From the NCBI GenBank assembly GCA_037720395.1, contig JBBJMR010000004.1, positions 10,535 through 74,534 of the forward strand: 64,000 nt of DNA, written 5' to 3'. Position numbers and translations under genes: made by a program. The notes below the pieces were generated by a model, which saw only the letters and a program-made list of their open reading frames with translations, did not search any database and was not told the origin of the DNA. The DNA comes from Polyangiaceae bacterium. Lineage in GTDB: Bacteria; Myxococcota_A; Polyangia; Polyangiales; Polyangiaceae. Below are positions 1 to 9,953 of this stretch, piece by piece (the first letter of the stretch is position 1; every line of letters begins with the position of its first letter).

Positions 1-1
1 G

Positions 2-874
2 GCCGCGCAGGTGGCGCGCGCGCGCATCGCGGTGGCCGGTGGCGCGCTGCCGCCACTCATCGATCCGCCGCCAGAGCGCGCCGCCGTGCCGCTCGAGGTG
101 CGCGCGCCGAACGCCATGGCCCTGCTCGCCTCGCTGGGCCTCGACGGCGACGCCGAGGCCTGGCTGGCCTCGAACGAGCACGACGCCGCCGCCGTCTACC
201 CGGGCCGCGAGAGCGAGGCGCTGTGCGCCATGTACGGCGGCATCTCGCGCGCCAAGCGACGCTACAAGGTGGGCGGCGCGGCCGTCGGTTATGCAGCGTT
301 GATGCGCGCGCCGACCCAGGCCGAGCGCTGGTCGTGGGACTGCGTCTACCCGCGGCCCTACGCGAGCATGGTCGCCGCGCTCGAGGAGAAGCACGCCCTC
401 CCCAGGGGCCTGATCCACTCGCTGATGCGCCAGGAGAGCGCCTTCGATCCGGTGATCGTCTCGCCGGTCGGCGCGGTGGGGTTGATGCAGCTCATGCCGG
501 GCACCGCGGAGCGCATCGCCGGTGAGCTCGGCGAGCCGTACCAGCCGGCCTCGCTCACCAGCCCGGAGACGAACCTGCGCTACGGCGCGTTCTACATCGC
601 CAAGCTGCTCAAGACGTTCCGCGGCAGCGTGGTCCTCGCCTCCGCCGCCTACAACGCCGGCCCGCACGCGGTGTCGCAGTGGCTCGACGCCGGCAAGGAC
701 GCCGAGGCCGACCTCTGGGTGGCGCGCATCCCCTTCGACGAGACGCGCACCTACGTGGCGCGCGTGCTCGGCAACCTGGCCCGCTACCAGTGGCTCGATG
801 GTGGCGACGCCGCCGTGGCCGCGATTCCTCTGGAGCTGCCGCTCGACGCGCGCGCCGAGCCCGACGCCTACTGA
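2..874 (+). CDS. Lytic murein transglycosylase, SLT domain (C-terminal part; ORF open at left window edge)
   Basis: Frame is open from base 2. Contains the SLT catalytic motif LMRQESAFDP plus MQLMPGTA and AAYNAGPHAV motifs. Confidence 0.85.
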   Translation, partial: AAQVARARIAVAGGALPPLIDPPPERAAVPLEVRAPNAMALLASLGLDGDAEAWLASNEHDAAAVYPGRESEALCAMYGGISRAKRRYKVGGAAVGYAALMRAPTQAERWSWDCVYPRPYASMVAALEEKHALPRGLIHSLMRQESAFDPVIVSPVGAVGLMQLMPGTAERIAGELGEPYQPASLTSPETNLRYGAFYIAKLLKTFRGSVVLASAAYNAGPHAVSQWLDAGKDAEADLWVARIPFDETRTYVARVLGNLARYQWLDGGDAAVAAIPLELPLDARAEPDAY

Positions 875-1878
875 CGCGCCGCCAGCCAGGGCGGCCAGGG
901 AGGGTAGGGCGGTGAGGGATCGAGCTCCCACATGAACAGCCCCGGCGTGCGCGCGCGGTGGCTGCCCACCGCGCCGCCCGGCCACCACGGGCCGTCGCTC
1001 TGCCAGGGCGCGCTGAAGGCGTCGCGCATCACCAGCTCCGCCAGCTTGCCGCGCGGCGAGAAGCCCCACTCCGCCTCCTGCGAGACGTCGCTCGGGTCGG
1101 CGTAGAGTCGCCACACGAAGAAGCCCGCGCACCACCGGGCGTCGAGGAGCGGGGCGATGATCGCCTGGTAGGCATCGGCCTGCGCCCTCTGGTCGACCAC
1201 CACGTCGCGCATGCCGTCCGGCCACTCCCAGGGCTTGACCGCCGGGTCGCGCCGCGTCGTGTACCCGATCTCGGTGAGCAGCACCGGTCGCTGCCAGGTC
1301 TCGGCGAGCTCGGCCAGCCCGGCGGCCACCCGGCGGCCGCCCGCCGACAGCTCGGGCAGCGCCGCGCCCTCGCGCTCGGCCAGCGGATAGAAGGCGTTGA
1401 CGCCGATGACGTCGAGCTCGTCGAGGATCATCGTGTCGACCACATCGTCCCAGTTCGCGGAGTAGGTGAGCAGCCCGCCGTAGCGCGCGCGCACCTCGGA
1501 GAGGATCGGCAGGAAGCTGGCCACCCGCGCGCTGGTCACCCAGCTGCGCAGCTCCACGCCGAGGCTCAGCATCTCCACCTGTCCCTCGCGTGCCACGTCC
1601 GTCCAGGTGAGCAGGAAGTCGCGATACGACGCCGCCCAGCGCGCCCAGCCGGCGTCGTCACCGGGATCGATGAGCGCGCGCCAGCCACCGCTCTCCACCC
1701 AGAGGTGCGGCACCAGGAAGACGCGCAGCCCGCGCGCGTGCGCCTGGTGGACGGTCTCCAGCACCGCGGCGCGGTTGTCCTCGAAGGGCGCCTCGAACAC
1801 CAGGTCCACGCCGCGCCCCTGCAGGTCCCAGACGCGCCCGAACGGGGTCAGGCTCACCCAGGTGGCGGCCTCGCGCAC
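868..1878 (-). CDS. Glycoside hydrolase-like TIM-barrel protein (clan GH-A like, family uncertain)
   Basis: 336-aa ORF with high GC3. Motifs LLTEIGY (candidate nucleophile Glu) and GVNAFYP, with alternating beta/alpha pattern. No signal peptide seen. Confidence 0.5.
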   Translation of the reverse strand: MREAATWVSLTPFGRVWDLQGRGVDLVFEAPFEDNRAAVLETVHQAHARGLRVFLVPHLWVESGGWRALIDPGDDAGWARWAASYRDFLLTWTDVAREGQVEMLSLGVELRSWVTSARVASFLPILSEVRARYGGLLTYSANWDDVVDTMILDELDVIGVNAFYPLAEREGAALPELSAGGRRVAAGLAELAETWQRPVLLTEIGYTTRRDPAVKPWEWPDGMRDVVVDQRAQADAYQAIIAPLLDARWCAGFFVWRLYADPSDVSQEAEWGFSPRGKLAELVMRDAFSAPWQSDGPWWPGGAVGSHRARTPGLFMWELDPSPPYPPWPPWLAARQ

Positions 1879-2423
1879 CGCCTCGTCGAGGGCGCGCGCG
1901 CTGGCCTGGGTGCCGTAGCGCGGCGGATGGCGCAGGCTCGATGGGGCCGATGGTCACCCGCGCATGGCCACGGCGAGCTCGCCCAGGCCTCGGCGCCGGG
2001 CGAGCAGCCGCGCCGGGCGTGGGATGACCGCGGCCGACGGCACCAGCTCGGCGCGCGCCGCCAGCGGGCGTGCGCTGCGGCCGCCGGTGCGCACACGCTG
2101 GCCAGGAGCGCGACCAGCCGCGCCGGCCGGCGCAACGCTCGGCCCGGCGCGCGCGGCCAGAGGGCGACGGCTTCCCGGGTGTTGCACACGCGTGCCCCTT
2201 ACCCGAGGCGACCGCGCAACGGAAGCACCCGACGGTGCGACCGGGAATGCGCGCGGCGTGCGCGGCGTCTCCACGAAAGGCGAGCCGCGTGGAGCGTCGG
2301 TGCAGCCCGCATGGCGGCGGAATACGGCCGCGGCGGGGACGTAGTTGACGCGAAAGCGCCGGCTGTCGGTGCGGGCGAGGCCGTGTGCGGCCGCGTCTGG
2401 CCGCCGGACCTGCAGGGCTCTTC

Positions 2424-3887
2424 ATGAAGCGACTGATGATCATCGGAGTGATCTGGTTCGGCTGCGCCTTGGCCTGGATGATCCTGGGCACGGCGCTGGT
2501 GGCGCGCTCGGTGAAGCGTCCGGCGAGCTCACCGCCGAGGTGCACAAGCTCTGGGGGCCGCCCATGCAGCGGCCACCGCGCGCCGTGCTCCACGACGAGG
2601 CCGCCGCGCGCAGCGGCGGCCGCGGCGGCAACGCGGCGGCCAGCGCGGCCGCCCGCCACCCGCCGCGCTCAACACCGCGCCCGCGCAGCCGCTCCAGGGC
2701 CGGCCGCGCAGGCCTGGAACGGTCAGCCGGCGCAGCCCTCCACGGGTCAGCCGGCGACCGCGCAGGTCGACCCCGCCCGTGCGGTGCCGGTCAGCGCCCC
2801 CGAGGCCACCCTCGCCGCCGAGGCGGCGCGCAAGGCGAGCGAGGTGGAGATCCCGGTGGCTGCGTCGGACATCACCGTCGGGCTCGATCTCGAGCAGCGC
2901 AAGAAGGGCCTCCTCTGGTTCCCGACCTACGGGGTCGACTTCCGCGCCCGCTACACCTTCGCCGCCGCCGACAAGGCGGGCACCCTGGAGCTGTCGTTCC
3001 CGCTCGAGGAGCGCGACGTGGTCTACGACGGCTTCCAGGTCAGCGACGAGGCAGGGGCCGTCATCGACGCGGTGATCAAGGATGGCTCGGCGCACTGGTC
3101 GGCGCCGCTCGACGCCGGGCAGAGCAAGGTCTTCCAGGTCGCGTACCGCGCCCGCGGCACGACGTCGTGGCACTACCAGCTCACCGCCGGCACCGGCCAG
3201 ACGAAGAGCTTTCGCCTGGCGATGAAGGCCGACACCGACGAGATCGACTTCCCCGCCGGCACCCTGTCACCGAGCAGCAGCGCCCCCGCGGGCGGTGCCT
3301 GGCAGGGCGAGTGGGCCTTCTCCAGCCTCATCGCCAACGCGCCCATCGGCGTCGAGCTCCCCCAGCGCGTCAACCCCGGCCCGCTGGCGGCTCGCATCAC
3401 CTTCTTCGCGCCGGTCGGCCTGCTGTTCTTCTTCTTCGTCATCGCCATCTCCTCCGCGTACCGCAACAAGGAGATCCACCCGCTGAACTACTTCTTCTTC
3501 GGGTGCGCCTTCTTCGCCTTCCACCTGCTCTTTTCGTACCTGGTGGACCACCTGTCCATCGCGCCGGCGTTCACCATCGCCGCTGCGGTCAGCGTGGTGC
3601 TGATCGTCACCTACGCCCGCCTCTTCACCGGCTGGACGTTCGCGCTGCGCGAGATGGGCATCTCCCAGCTGCTCTATCTGGTGCTCTTCTCGCTCACCTT
3701 CCTGTGGACCGGCTTCACCGGCCTGGCCATCACCGTGGGCGCGGTGCTCAGCCTCTTCGTGATGATGCAGCTCACCGGCCGCGCGCGCTGGTCGTTCCTC
3801 GACGCCCCGATGCGCCCGGAGCCGCCGTCGCCTGCGCCGCGCGACGACGCGGCCGCCGCGCCCCCGGCGCAGGCGCCTGCCAGCTGA
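2424..3887 (+). CDS. CreD-family inner membrane protein (apparent internal frame changes)
   Basis: ATG at 2424 gives an N-terminal TM helix MKRLMIIGVIWFGCALAWMILG. The C-terminal multi-TM block (EIHPLNYFFFGCAFFAFHLLFSYLVDH ... MMQLTGRARW) parallels E. coli CreD. Between about 2510 and 2690 the best coding signal (ELTAEVHKLWGPPMQ) lies in another frame. Confidence 0.65.
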   Translation: MKRLMIIGVIWFGCALAWMILGTALVARSVKRPASSPPRCTSSGGRPCSGHRAPCSTTRPPRAAAAAAATRRPARPPATRRAQHRARAAAPGPAAQAWNGQPAQPSTGQPATAQVDPARAVPVSAPEATLAAEAARKASEVEIPVAASDITVGLDLEQRKKGLLWFPTYGVDFRARYTFAAADKAGTLELSFPLEERDVVYDGFQVSDEAGAVIDAVIKDGSAHWSAPLDAGQSKVFQVAYRARGTTSWHYQLTAGTGQTKSFRLAMKADTDEIDFPAGTLSPSSSAPAGGAWQGEWAFSSLIANAPIGVELPQRVNPGPLAARITFFAPVGLLFFFFVIAISSAYRNKEIHPLNYFFFGCAFFAFHLLFSYLVDHLSIAPAFTIAAAVSVVLIVTYARLFTGWTFALREMGISQLLYLVLFSLTFLWTGFTGLAITVGAVLSLFVMMQLTGRARWSFLDAPMRPEPPSPAPRDDAAAAPPAQAPAS

Positions 3888-3895
3888 ATTGCGCC

Positions 3896-4192
3896 TCAGC
3901 GCTTCATGCCCAGCGCGCTGCGGAGCAGCTCATCGATCCCGGCGAGGAGCGCTCCCAGCGCCACCGTGCTGGCCACGCCATAGACGATGCGTGGCCAGCC
4001 GCGGCGCGTGACCCAGAACCAGGCCAGCAGGGAGAGCGGCCCGAAGCCGTAAAGCGCCGAGCCCCAGCTGGCCGTGTTCCAGGCGCGGGCGCGCTGCGCT
4101 TCGTCCAGGTTCCGGCGCTTGTCCCAGCGCTGCAGGGCGAACGTCAGCCCGATGCCCAGGGCGAGCTGGATGACGTAGCGGAGGACTTTCAC
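3896..4192 (-). CDS. Small hypothetical membrane protein
   Basis: 98-aa ORF with about 3 hydrophobic helices and reasonable GC3. No recognisable domain. Confidence 0.4.
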   Translation of the reverse strand: MKVLRYVIQLALGIGLTFALQRWDKRRNLDEAQRARAWNTASWGSALYGFGPLSLLAWFWVTRRGWPRIVYGVASTVALGALLAGIDELLRSALGMKR

Positions 4193-4324
4193 GGGCGGCC
4201 GCGCGGAGCCAGACGTCTACCCGGCGCGGCGCGGGTCGTCCAGGCGCCGGGCGCCCCGCCGCGGGTGATTTTCCGGAGGGCGGCCCCTTTCTGAGGCCCG
4301 CGGGGCGGTGCTACTACGGATCTC

Positions 4325-6430
4325 ATGACCCCGACCGCTGCGGCCGACATCCGCAACATTGCCATCATTGGTCACAAGGGCGCCGGCAAGACGCAGCTCT
4401 GCGAGGCCATGCTCTACATCGCCAAGGCCACGGCGAAGCTCGGCAAGGTCGACGACAAGACGAGCATCCTCGACGATGCACCGGAGGAGAAGGAGCACGC
4501 CGCCTCGCTCGAGGCGAGCGTGGCGCACCTCTTCTGGAAGGACAAGAAGGTCAACATCGTCGATACGCCGGGCGAGGGCAGCTTCCTGGCCGAGACGCGC
4601 CTGGCGCTGGGCGCCGTCGACGCCTGTGTGCTGGTGGTAAGCGGCAAGGACGGGGTGCAGCCGATCACCGAGCGGGTCTTCCACTGGGCGCGCGAGCTGT
4701 CGCTGCCGGTGGTGGTGGTGGTCAGCAAGGTCGACGCCGACAACGCCAAGCCGGACGACGTGGTCGCCGAGGTCAAGGCGCGCCTCAAGGCGCCGGTGGC
4801 GGTGATGGAGCTGCATGTCGGCGAGGGCGTCGAGTACCAGGGCGTGGTCGCGCTGCGCACCAAGAAGGCCTGGGTCGGCAAGCCGGAGGCGCCCAACGCC
4901 GTCGCCGCCGGCCAGGTCCCCGCCAACGTCGCCAAGGCCTTCGACGCCGCTCGCGGCAGGCTCGTCGACGACGTGGCCGGCACCGATGACGACCTGACCG
5001 AGAAGTACCTCACCGAGGGCGACCTGACCCAGGAGGAGCTCGACACCGGCCTGCGCGGCGCGGTCGCCGCCAGCAAGGTGGTGCCCATCTACTTCACCTC
5101 CGGCACCCGCCCGAGCGGCATCGCCGCGCTGCTCGACGGGATCGTGGAGCTGGTTCCGGCGCCCACCACCCGCGGCGCCTTCCAGGGCATCGTGCCCAGC
5201 ACCCGCCCCGGCGTCAGCCCGGCCGCCGCCGATCGCGCCGCCAGCGGTCCTGCCGCCGGCTTCGTGTTCAAGACGTCCATCGATCCGCACGCCGGGCGCA
5301 CCTCGTTCACGCGCGTGCTCTCCGGCACCCTCAAGCCGGACGCCAGCTACACGAACTCCGTCACCGGCAACTCCGAACGACTCGGCAAGATGTACGCGGT
5401 GGTCGGCAAGGAGCAGAAGCAGCTCGAGGAGGGGGTGGCGGGGGACATCGTGGCCATCGCCAAGCTCAAGTCGACGCAGAGCGGGCACACGCTGGCCGAC
5501 GACAAGCACCCCTTCGCCTACGACGCGCCCTCGCTGCCGCCGTCGCTCTTCTCGCGCGGTGTGAAGTTCGAGGGCAAGGGCAGCGAGGAGAAGGTGGCCA
5601 CTGCGCTGCACCGCCTGGCCGAGGAGGACCCGGGCCTGACGGTGGCCAACGACGAGACCACGCGCGAGCTGGTCGTCTCCGGCCTCGGCGCGCTGCACCT
5701 GGAGATCACGGTCGAGCGCATCAAGCGGCGCATCGGCATCGACTGCCGCCTTGGCCCGCCGCACATCGCCTACAAGGAGACGATCACCAAGAAGGTGCAG
5801 GGCGTGGAGGGCAAGCACAAGAAGCAGTCCGGCGGGCACGGTCAGTTCGGCGTCTGCTACATCGACGTCGAGCCCCTGCAGCGCGGGAGTGGCTTCCTCT
5901 TCGAGGACGACGTGGTCGGCGGATCGATACCGCGCCAGTTCATCCCCTCGGTGGAGAAGGGCATCGTCAAGACCATGGCGCGCGGTATCCTGGCCGGGTT
6001 CCCGGTGGTCGACGTCAAGGTGCGCCTCTACGACGGCAAGTACCACGACGTCGACTCCTCGGACGCGGCTTTCCAGGTCGCCGGGCGCAAGGCCTTCAAG
6101 GAGGGTGCGGCCAAGGCCGGCGCCGTCATCCTCGAGCCCATCGTCAAGCTCTCGGTCACCGCGCCCGGCTCGGCCACCGGCGACGTCATCGGCGACATCA
6201 ACAGTCGCCGCGGGCGCATCGCCGGCACCGACACCCTCGACGATCAGACGGTGGTCAACGCCTTCGTGCCGCTCTCCGAGGTGCTGGAGTACGAGTCGAA
6301 GCTCAAGAGCATGACCCAGGGCAAGGGCACCTTCACCATGTCCATCGACCACCTGGAGATCTGTCCACCCCAGGTGCAGGACAAGGTCATCAAGGACAGC
6401 GGGTTCAAGGTCGAGGCCGACGAGGACTGA
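4325..6430 (+). CDS. Elongation factor G paralog with degenerate GTPase motifs
   Basis: 701 aa with full EF-G domain order. P-loop GHKGAGKT, G3 DTPGEGSF (canonical DTPGHVDF), G4 SKVD (canonical NKMD). Confidence 0.9.
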   Translation: MTPTAAADIRNIAIIGHKGAGKTQLCEAMLYIAKATAKLGKVDDKTSILDDAPEEKEHAASLEASVAHLFWKDKKVNIVDTPGEGSFLAETRLALGAVDACVLVVSGKDGVQPITERVFHWARELSLPVVVVVSKVDADNAKPDDVVAEVKARLKAPVAVMELHVGEGVEYQGVVALRTKKAWVGKPEAPNAVAAGQVPANVAKAFDAARGRLVDDVAGTDDDLTEKYLTEGDLTQEELDTGLRGAVAASKVVPIYFTSGTRPSGIAALLDGIVELVPAPTTRGAFQGIVPSTRPGVSPAAADRAASGPAAGFVFKTSIDPHAGRTSFTRVLSGTLKPDASYTNSVTGNSERLGKMYAVVGKEQKQLEEGVAGDIVAIAKLKSTQSGHTLADDKHPFAYDAPSLPPSLFSRGVKFEGKGSEEKVATALHRLAEEDPGLTVANDETTRELVVSGLGALHLEITVERIKRRIGIDCRLGPPHIAYKETITKKVQGVEGKHKKQSGGHGQFGVCYIDVEPLQRGSGFLFEDDVVGGSIPRQFIPSVEKGIVKTMARGILAGFPVVDVKVRLYDGKYHDVDSSDAAFQVAGRKAFKEGAAKAGAVILEPIVKLSVTAPGSATGDVIGDINSRRGRIAGTDTLDDQTVVNAFVPLSEVLEYESKLKSMTQGKGTFTMSIDHLEICPPQVQDKVIKDSGFKVEADED

Positions 6431-6465
6431 CCGGGAGCCCTGGGAACAGCGGGAAGGCATCCCCA

Positions 6466-7542
6466 TTGCGCGTCGCCGACACGGCGAGCGACAAGCCGCC
6501 GACATCTCCACGCCGCGGCCTCGGTCGCGCGCTGCGCCTGCGTCTGGCCATCGGCTGGTACGTGGCGCGGCGCCTCGGGCCCTGGCTGCTCGGGGTCACC
6601 GTCTACGCGGTGCTGGCCACCATCGTCATCCGCTGGGAGGAGCGCCGCGCAGGGCAGACGCCCGCCGACTTCACCGCCGCGCTCTACGGCGTGTGCGCGC
6701 AGCTCTTCTTCGAGTTCGACACCCTGCCGCCCACGCCGCTGGCGCGGGTCATCTACTTCATCAGCCCGCTGGTCGGCGTGGTGCTCATTGCCGAGGGGCT
6801 GCTCAAGGTAGGCTCCTCCCTCATCGACCCGGCCAGCCGGGTGAAGGTCCTGGGTGAGATCGTGAGCTCACAGATGCATCAGCACATCGTCCTCTGCGGC
6901 CTCGGTCACGTCGGCTTCCGGGTGCTGTCCGAGCTGCGCCGCCTCGGCGAAGACGTGGTGTGCGTGGAGCGCGACGAGAAGGCGGGCTTCGTCGACCAGG
7001 TGCGGGCGCTGGGCATCCCCGTGCACATCGGCGATGCGCGTCGCGACGACCTGATCAAGGCGGCCGGGGTGGAGCGCGCCAAGGCCATCGTCTGCGCCAC
7101 CAACGACGACCTGGCCAACCTGGAGATCGCCCTCGACGCCAAGCGCATGAACCCGGATGTGCGCGTGGTGATGCGCATGTTCGATCAGCGGCTGGCCGGC
7201 AAGGTCGGCGGCGCGCTGGAGCTCGACCAGTCGTTCTCCACCAGCGCCGTGGCCGCCCCGCTCATCGCCATCCAGGCCACCGAGGACGGCGTGCACGCCG
7301 CCTATCGCCTCGATGATGTGGTGCGCGTCACCGCCGAGGTCACCGTCGGGACGCGCTTCGCCGAGAGCACGGTCCACGCCTTCGAGGGCGCGGCCCCCTG
7401 CCGTGTCGTCGGCCGGCGCCCTGCCGGGGAGGCGGCCTTCCACCCCGCCGCCGCCGCCGACGCGCTGCGCGCGGGCGACGTGCTCATGGTCGACACCAGC
7501 GCCGTCGACCTGCCCGCCGTGCGCTACCGCCTCGGTGGGTAG
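6466..7542 (+). CDS. Membrane protein with TrkA-N/RCK NAD-binding domain (ion-channel-like)
   Basis: N-terminal TM helices followed by the Rossmann motif IVLCGLGHVGFRV. No TVGYG selectivity filter seen. Confidence 0.6.
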   Translation: MRVADTASDKPPTSPRRGLGRALRLRLAIGWYVARRLGPWLLGVTVYAVLATIVIRWEERRAGQTPADFTAALYGVCAQLFFEFDTLPPTPLARVIYFISPLVGVVLIAEGLLKVGSSLIDPASRVKVLGEIVSSQMHQHIVLCGLGHVGFRVLSELRRLGEDVVCVERDEKAGFVDQVRALGIPVHIGDARRDDLIKAAGVERAKAIVCATNDDLANLEIALDAKRMNPDVRVVMRMFDQRLAGKVGGALELDQSFSTSAVAAPLIAIQATEDGVHAAYRLDDVVRVTAEVTVGTRFAESTVHAFEGAAPCRVVGRRPAGEAAFHPAAAADALRAGDVLMVDTSAVDLPAVRYRLGG

Positions 7543-7617
7543 CGGCCCGTCGCGCGTGCGCGGTCCCGGCGCAACTCCCCGCGCCCACCGACAACCTGAG
7601 GTTGGCGGTGCTGGTTG

Positions 7618-8223
7618 CTACTCGCAGACGGCGTCGATGCACGTCCCGGCGGCGCAGTCGGCGTCCTCCATGCACTCGGCGCACAGGCCGCCGATGCAGT
7701 AGGGGTAGTCGCCGGAGTAGAGCGCCGCGCAGTCCTCGTCCTGGCTGCACTCGCCACATTCGCTCTCGATGCACACCGGGAAGTCGGGGAAGTTCTCGGC
7801 GCAGTCGTTGTCGTCGGCGCACTGCACGCACTGGCCCTCCGCGCACACCGGCGCGCTGTCGTCGCAGCTCGTCACCTCGCCGCAGCTCTCCGGGGGCTGG
7901 TTTCCCGGGTCCGGGTCGGCCGCCTGGCCGTCGCAGCTCCCGCAGCCGAACTCCTCGATCTCCGCCGCGCACGAGGCGTCCCAGCCCTGCTCGCAGCAGA
8001 AGCTGTCGGTGGCGCACACGCAGTCGAGCACCGCCGAGTCGGTGCAGGCGTCGCCACCGCAGCACTCGCTGGCCTGGGGGTTGGTGCCGCCGGAGCCGCT
8101 GCCGGGACCGTCGGAGCCGTCCACCGGCCCGCCGTTGGCGTCGACCTTGGTGTAGTCGGGGAGCGCGCACCCGGCGAACAGCGCGACCAGCCAGGCCAGG
8201 CGTCGAACGGTCATGCCGGTCAT
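7618..8223 (-). CDS. Secreted Cys-rich repeat lipoprotein
   Basis: Lipobox LFAGC, a Gly/Ser linker, then repeated C-x2-C-x2-D-x-DC type units (CVQCADDNDC, CGECSQDEDC, CAECMEDADC). Confidence 0.6.
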   Translation of the reverse strand: MTGMTVRRLAWLVALFAGCALPDYTKVDANGGPVDGSDGPGSGSGGTNPQASECCGGDACTDSAVLDCVCATDSFCCEQGWDASCAAEIEEFGCGSCDGQAADPDPGNQPPESCGEVTSCDDSAPVCAEGQCVQCADDNDCAENFPDFPVCIESECGECSQDEDCAALYSGDYPYCIGGLCAECMEDADCAAGTCIDAVCE

Positions 8224-8259
8224 CTCGCACCCCTCAGCAAGGGGTGGGCCAGCCCCGCC

Positions 8260-9858
8260 TCAGGGATGGATGTGGACGATGGTGCCCTCGCCGGTCGGCT
8301 CGGCGGCGTTGACGCCATGCCAGTCGATGGGCAGCGGCGGGTCGGTCCACATGAAGACGCGGCGCGCGTCGATGGGCGAGAGGTTGATGCAGCCATGGCT
8401 GCGCGGCTTGCCGAAGTCGTCGTGCCACGGCGCGGCGTGCAGCGCGTAGCCGTGCTCGAAGTACTGCACCCAGGGCACGTCGCGGAGCTCGAACTTGTTG
8501 TCGACCTCGTGCGCGTCCATCGTCGTGGTCACGTGCTTGTCGCGGATCTTGAAGGTGCCGCGCACGGTGGAGAACGTCTTCTTCGGGTCGCCCAGGCCGT
8601 CGCGCCCGGTGGCCACCATGGTGGCGTAGACCGGCGTCCGCCCCTCGTAGAGGACCATCGTCTGGCCGATGACGGTCACGTCGATCCACTTGCGCTTGCC
8701 CTTGGCGAAGAAGGGCAGCTCGCTGGTCTTGGGGGCCACGGCGATGTCGTCGTCGTCGATCCAGGCGCCGTCCTTGGACTGCACGAAGCGCTGGTCGCCG
8801 ATCTTGGTGGCGCGGCCGGTGAGCTGCACGACGCTGTGTCGCTCCAGGTCGGTGATGCGCTGGATGCCCTTGTCGGAGACGTCCCAGCGGCTGGCGCCCT
8901 TCGCTCGCACGAAGCCCACCGGCAGCTCCCAGCCCTTGGTCATGTCCACGCCATGGAAGGTGGAGCCACGCGCCGGCTTGAGCTTGGAGGTCGGCACCAG
9001 GCGCGCGTCGGTGGTCAGCGCGAAGCGACGTCCGTTGTCGCCGACGAAGGTGCCGATCAGCGCCAGCCCCGCCTTGCGGGCGATGCGATTGGTGATGACC
9101 GCGAAGTCGGGCACCTTGAAGTTGGCGATGTTCGGGATCTGCCGTTTTCCTTGGAAGAACCAGGGGATCTCGTCGCTGCCATCGCCTCCGTAGATGGCGT
9201 TGTAGTCCAGCTCCGGCGGCTCCTCGGGCGGCACCCCGCTGGCATTGCCGAGCTCGTCCAGGGGCACGTCGTTGGCGCCGACGGTGATGGCGTCCCACTT
9301 CTTCTGGAAGCGGGCGTAGCTCTTGAGGTGACCCTTGAGGCTCATCTCGTACTGCAGCTGCTCGTCCTTGGTCGGCGGGCGGAAGTAGTTCGGGGCGATG
9401 GCCCGCACGAACGCGTACGGGTAGGGCATCGGCTTGGAGAGATCGGGGCGCCGGGTGAGCGCGCGCAGGATGGGGTGGTCGAGCTTGGTGGTGGCCTCGT
9501 CCGAGGCGCACACGTATCCCGCCGGCAGCACCCGGAACCAGCCGCCCGCGCAGTCGTCGAGCATCACCGGCTTTTCGCCGCGCACCACGGTGCCGCCGGC
9601 GCGCAGGTAGCCGAGCTTGTTGGAGCGGCGGTCGGGCTTGTCGAAGATCGGCGCGGCCATCATGACTGCACCGAGCTTGGGCCCTCCGGCCTTGGGCTCC
9701 ATCTCCGGCGATAACTTCGGCTCCTGCGCGGCGCCCGCCGACAGCGCGACGATGCCCTCCGGCTTGGCGTCGTCCTTCTTGCCGTGACAGCCGGTCACAG
9801 CGACGAGCAAGCCGATCGAGCACGCCCACGCGGCGCGCTGCCCATGCCACAGTCTCAT
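8260..9858 (-). CDS. L,D-transpeptidase (YkuD domain) lipoprotein
   Basis: Lipobox LVAVTGC. C-terminal YkuD catalytic motif PRSHGCINLSPIDA. Confidence 0.85.
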   Translation of the reverse strand: MRLWHGQRAAWACSIGLLVAVTGCHGKKDDAKPEGIVALSAGAAQEPKLSPEMEPKAGGPKLGAVMMAAPIFDKPDRRSNKLGYLRAGGTVVRGEKPVMLDDCAGGWFRVLPAGYVCASDEATTKLDHPILRALTRRPDLSKPMPYPYAFVRAIAPNYFRPPTKDEQLQYEMSLKGHLKSYARFQKKWDAITVGANDVPLDELGNASGVPPEEPPELDYNAIYGGDGSDEIPWFFQGKRQIPNIANFKVPDFAVITNRIARKAGLALIGTFVGDNGRRFALTTDARLVPTSKLKPARGSTFHGVDMTKGWELPVGFVRAKGASRWDVSDKGIQRITDLERHSVVQLTGRATKIGDQRFVQSKDGAWIDDDDIAVAPKTSELPFFAKGKRKWIDVTVIGQTMVLYEGRTPVYATMVATGRDGLGDPKKTFSTVRGTFKIRDKHVTTTMDAHEVDNKFELRDVPWVQYFEHGYALHAAPWHDDFGKPRSHGCINLSPIDARRVFMWTDPPLPIDWHGVNAAEPTGEGTIVHIHP

Positions 9859-9953
9859 ACCCCCGGGATGCCGGAGGCGAGCCGTTCTGGCCAACTTTGC
9901 GGCGCCGCCCGTGGCCGTCGCGAACCGGCTACCCTCGCCCGCAGGAGGCCGAG

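Noticed and set aside
4217-6511. 764-aa minus-strand ORF covering the whole EF-G locus
   Set aside because: It is antisense to a gene with unmistakable EF-G motifs. Its translation is Arg/Gly/Ala/Asp/Leu-rich low-information text typical of off-frame reading in GC-rich DNA.
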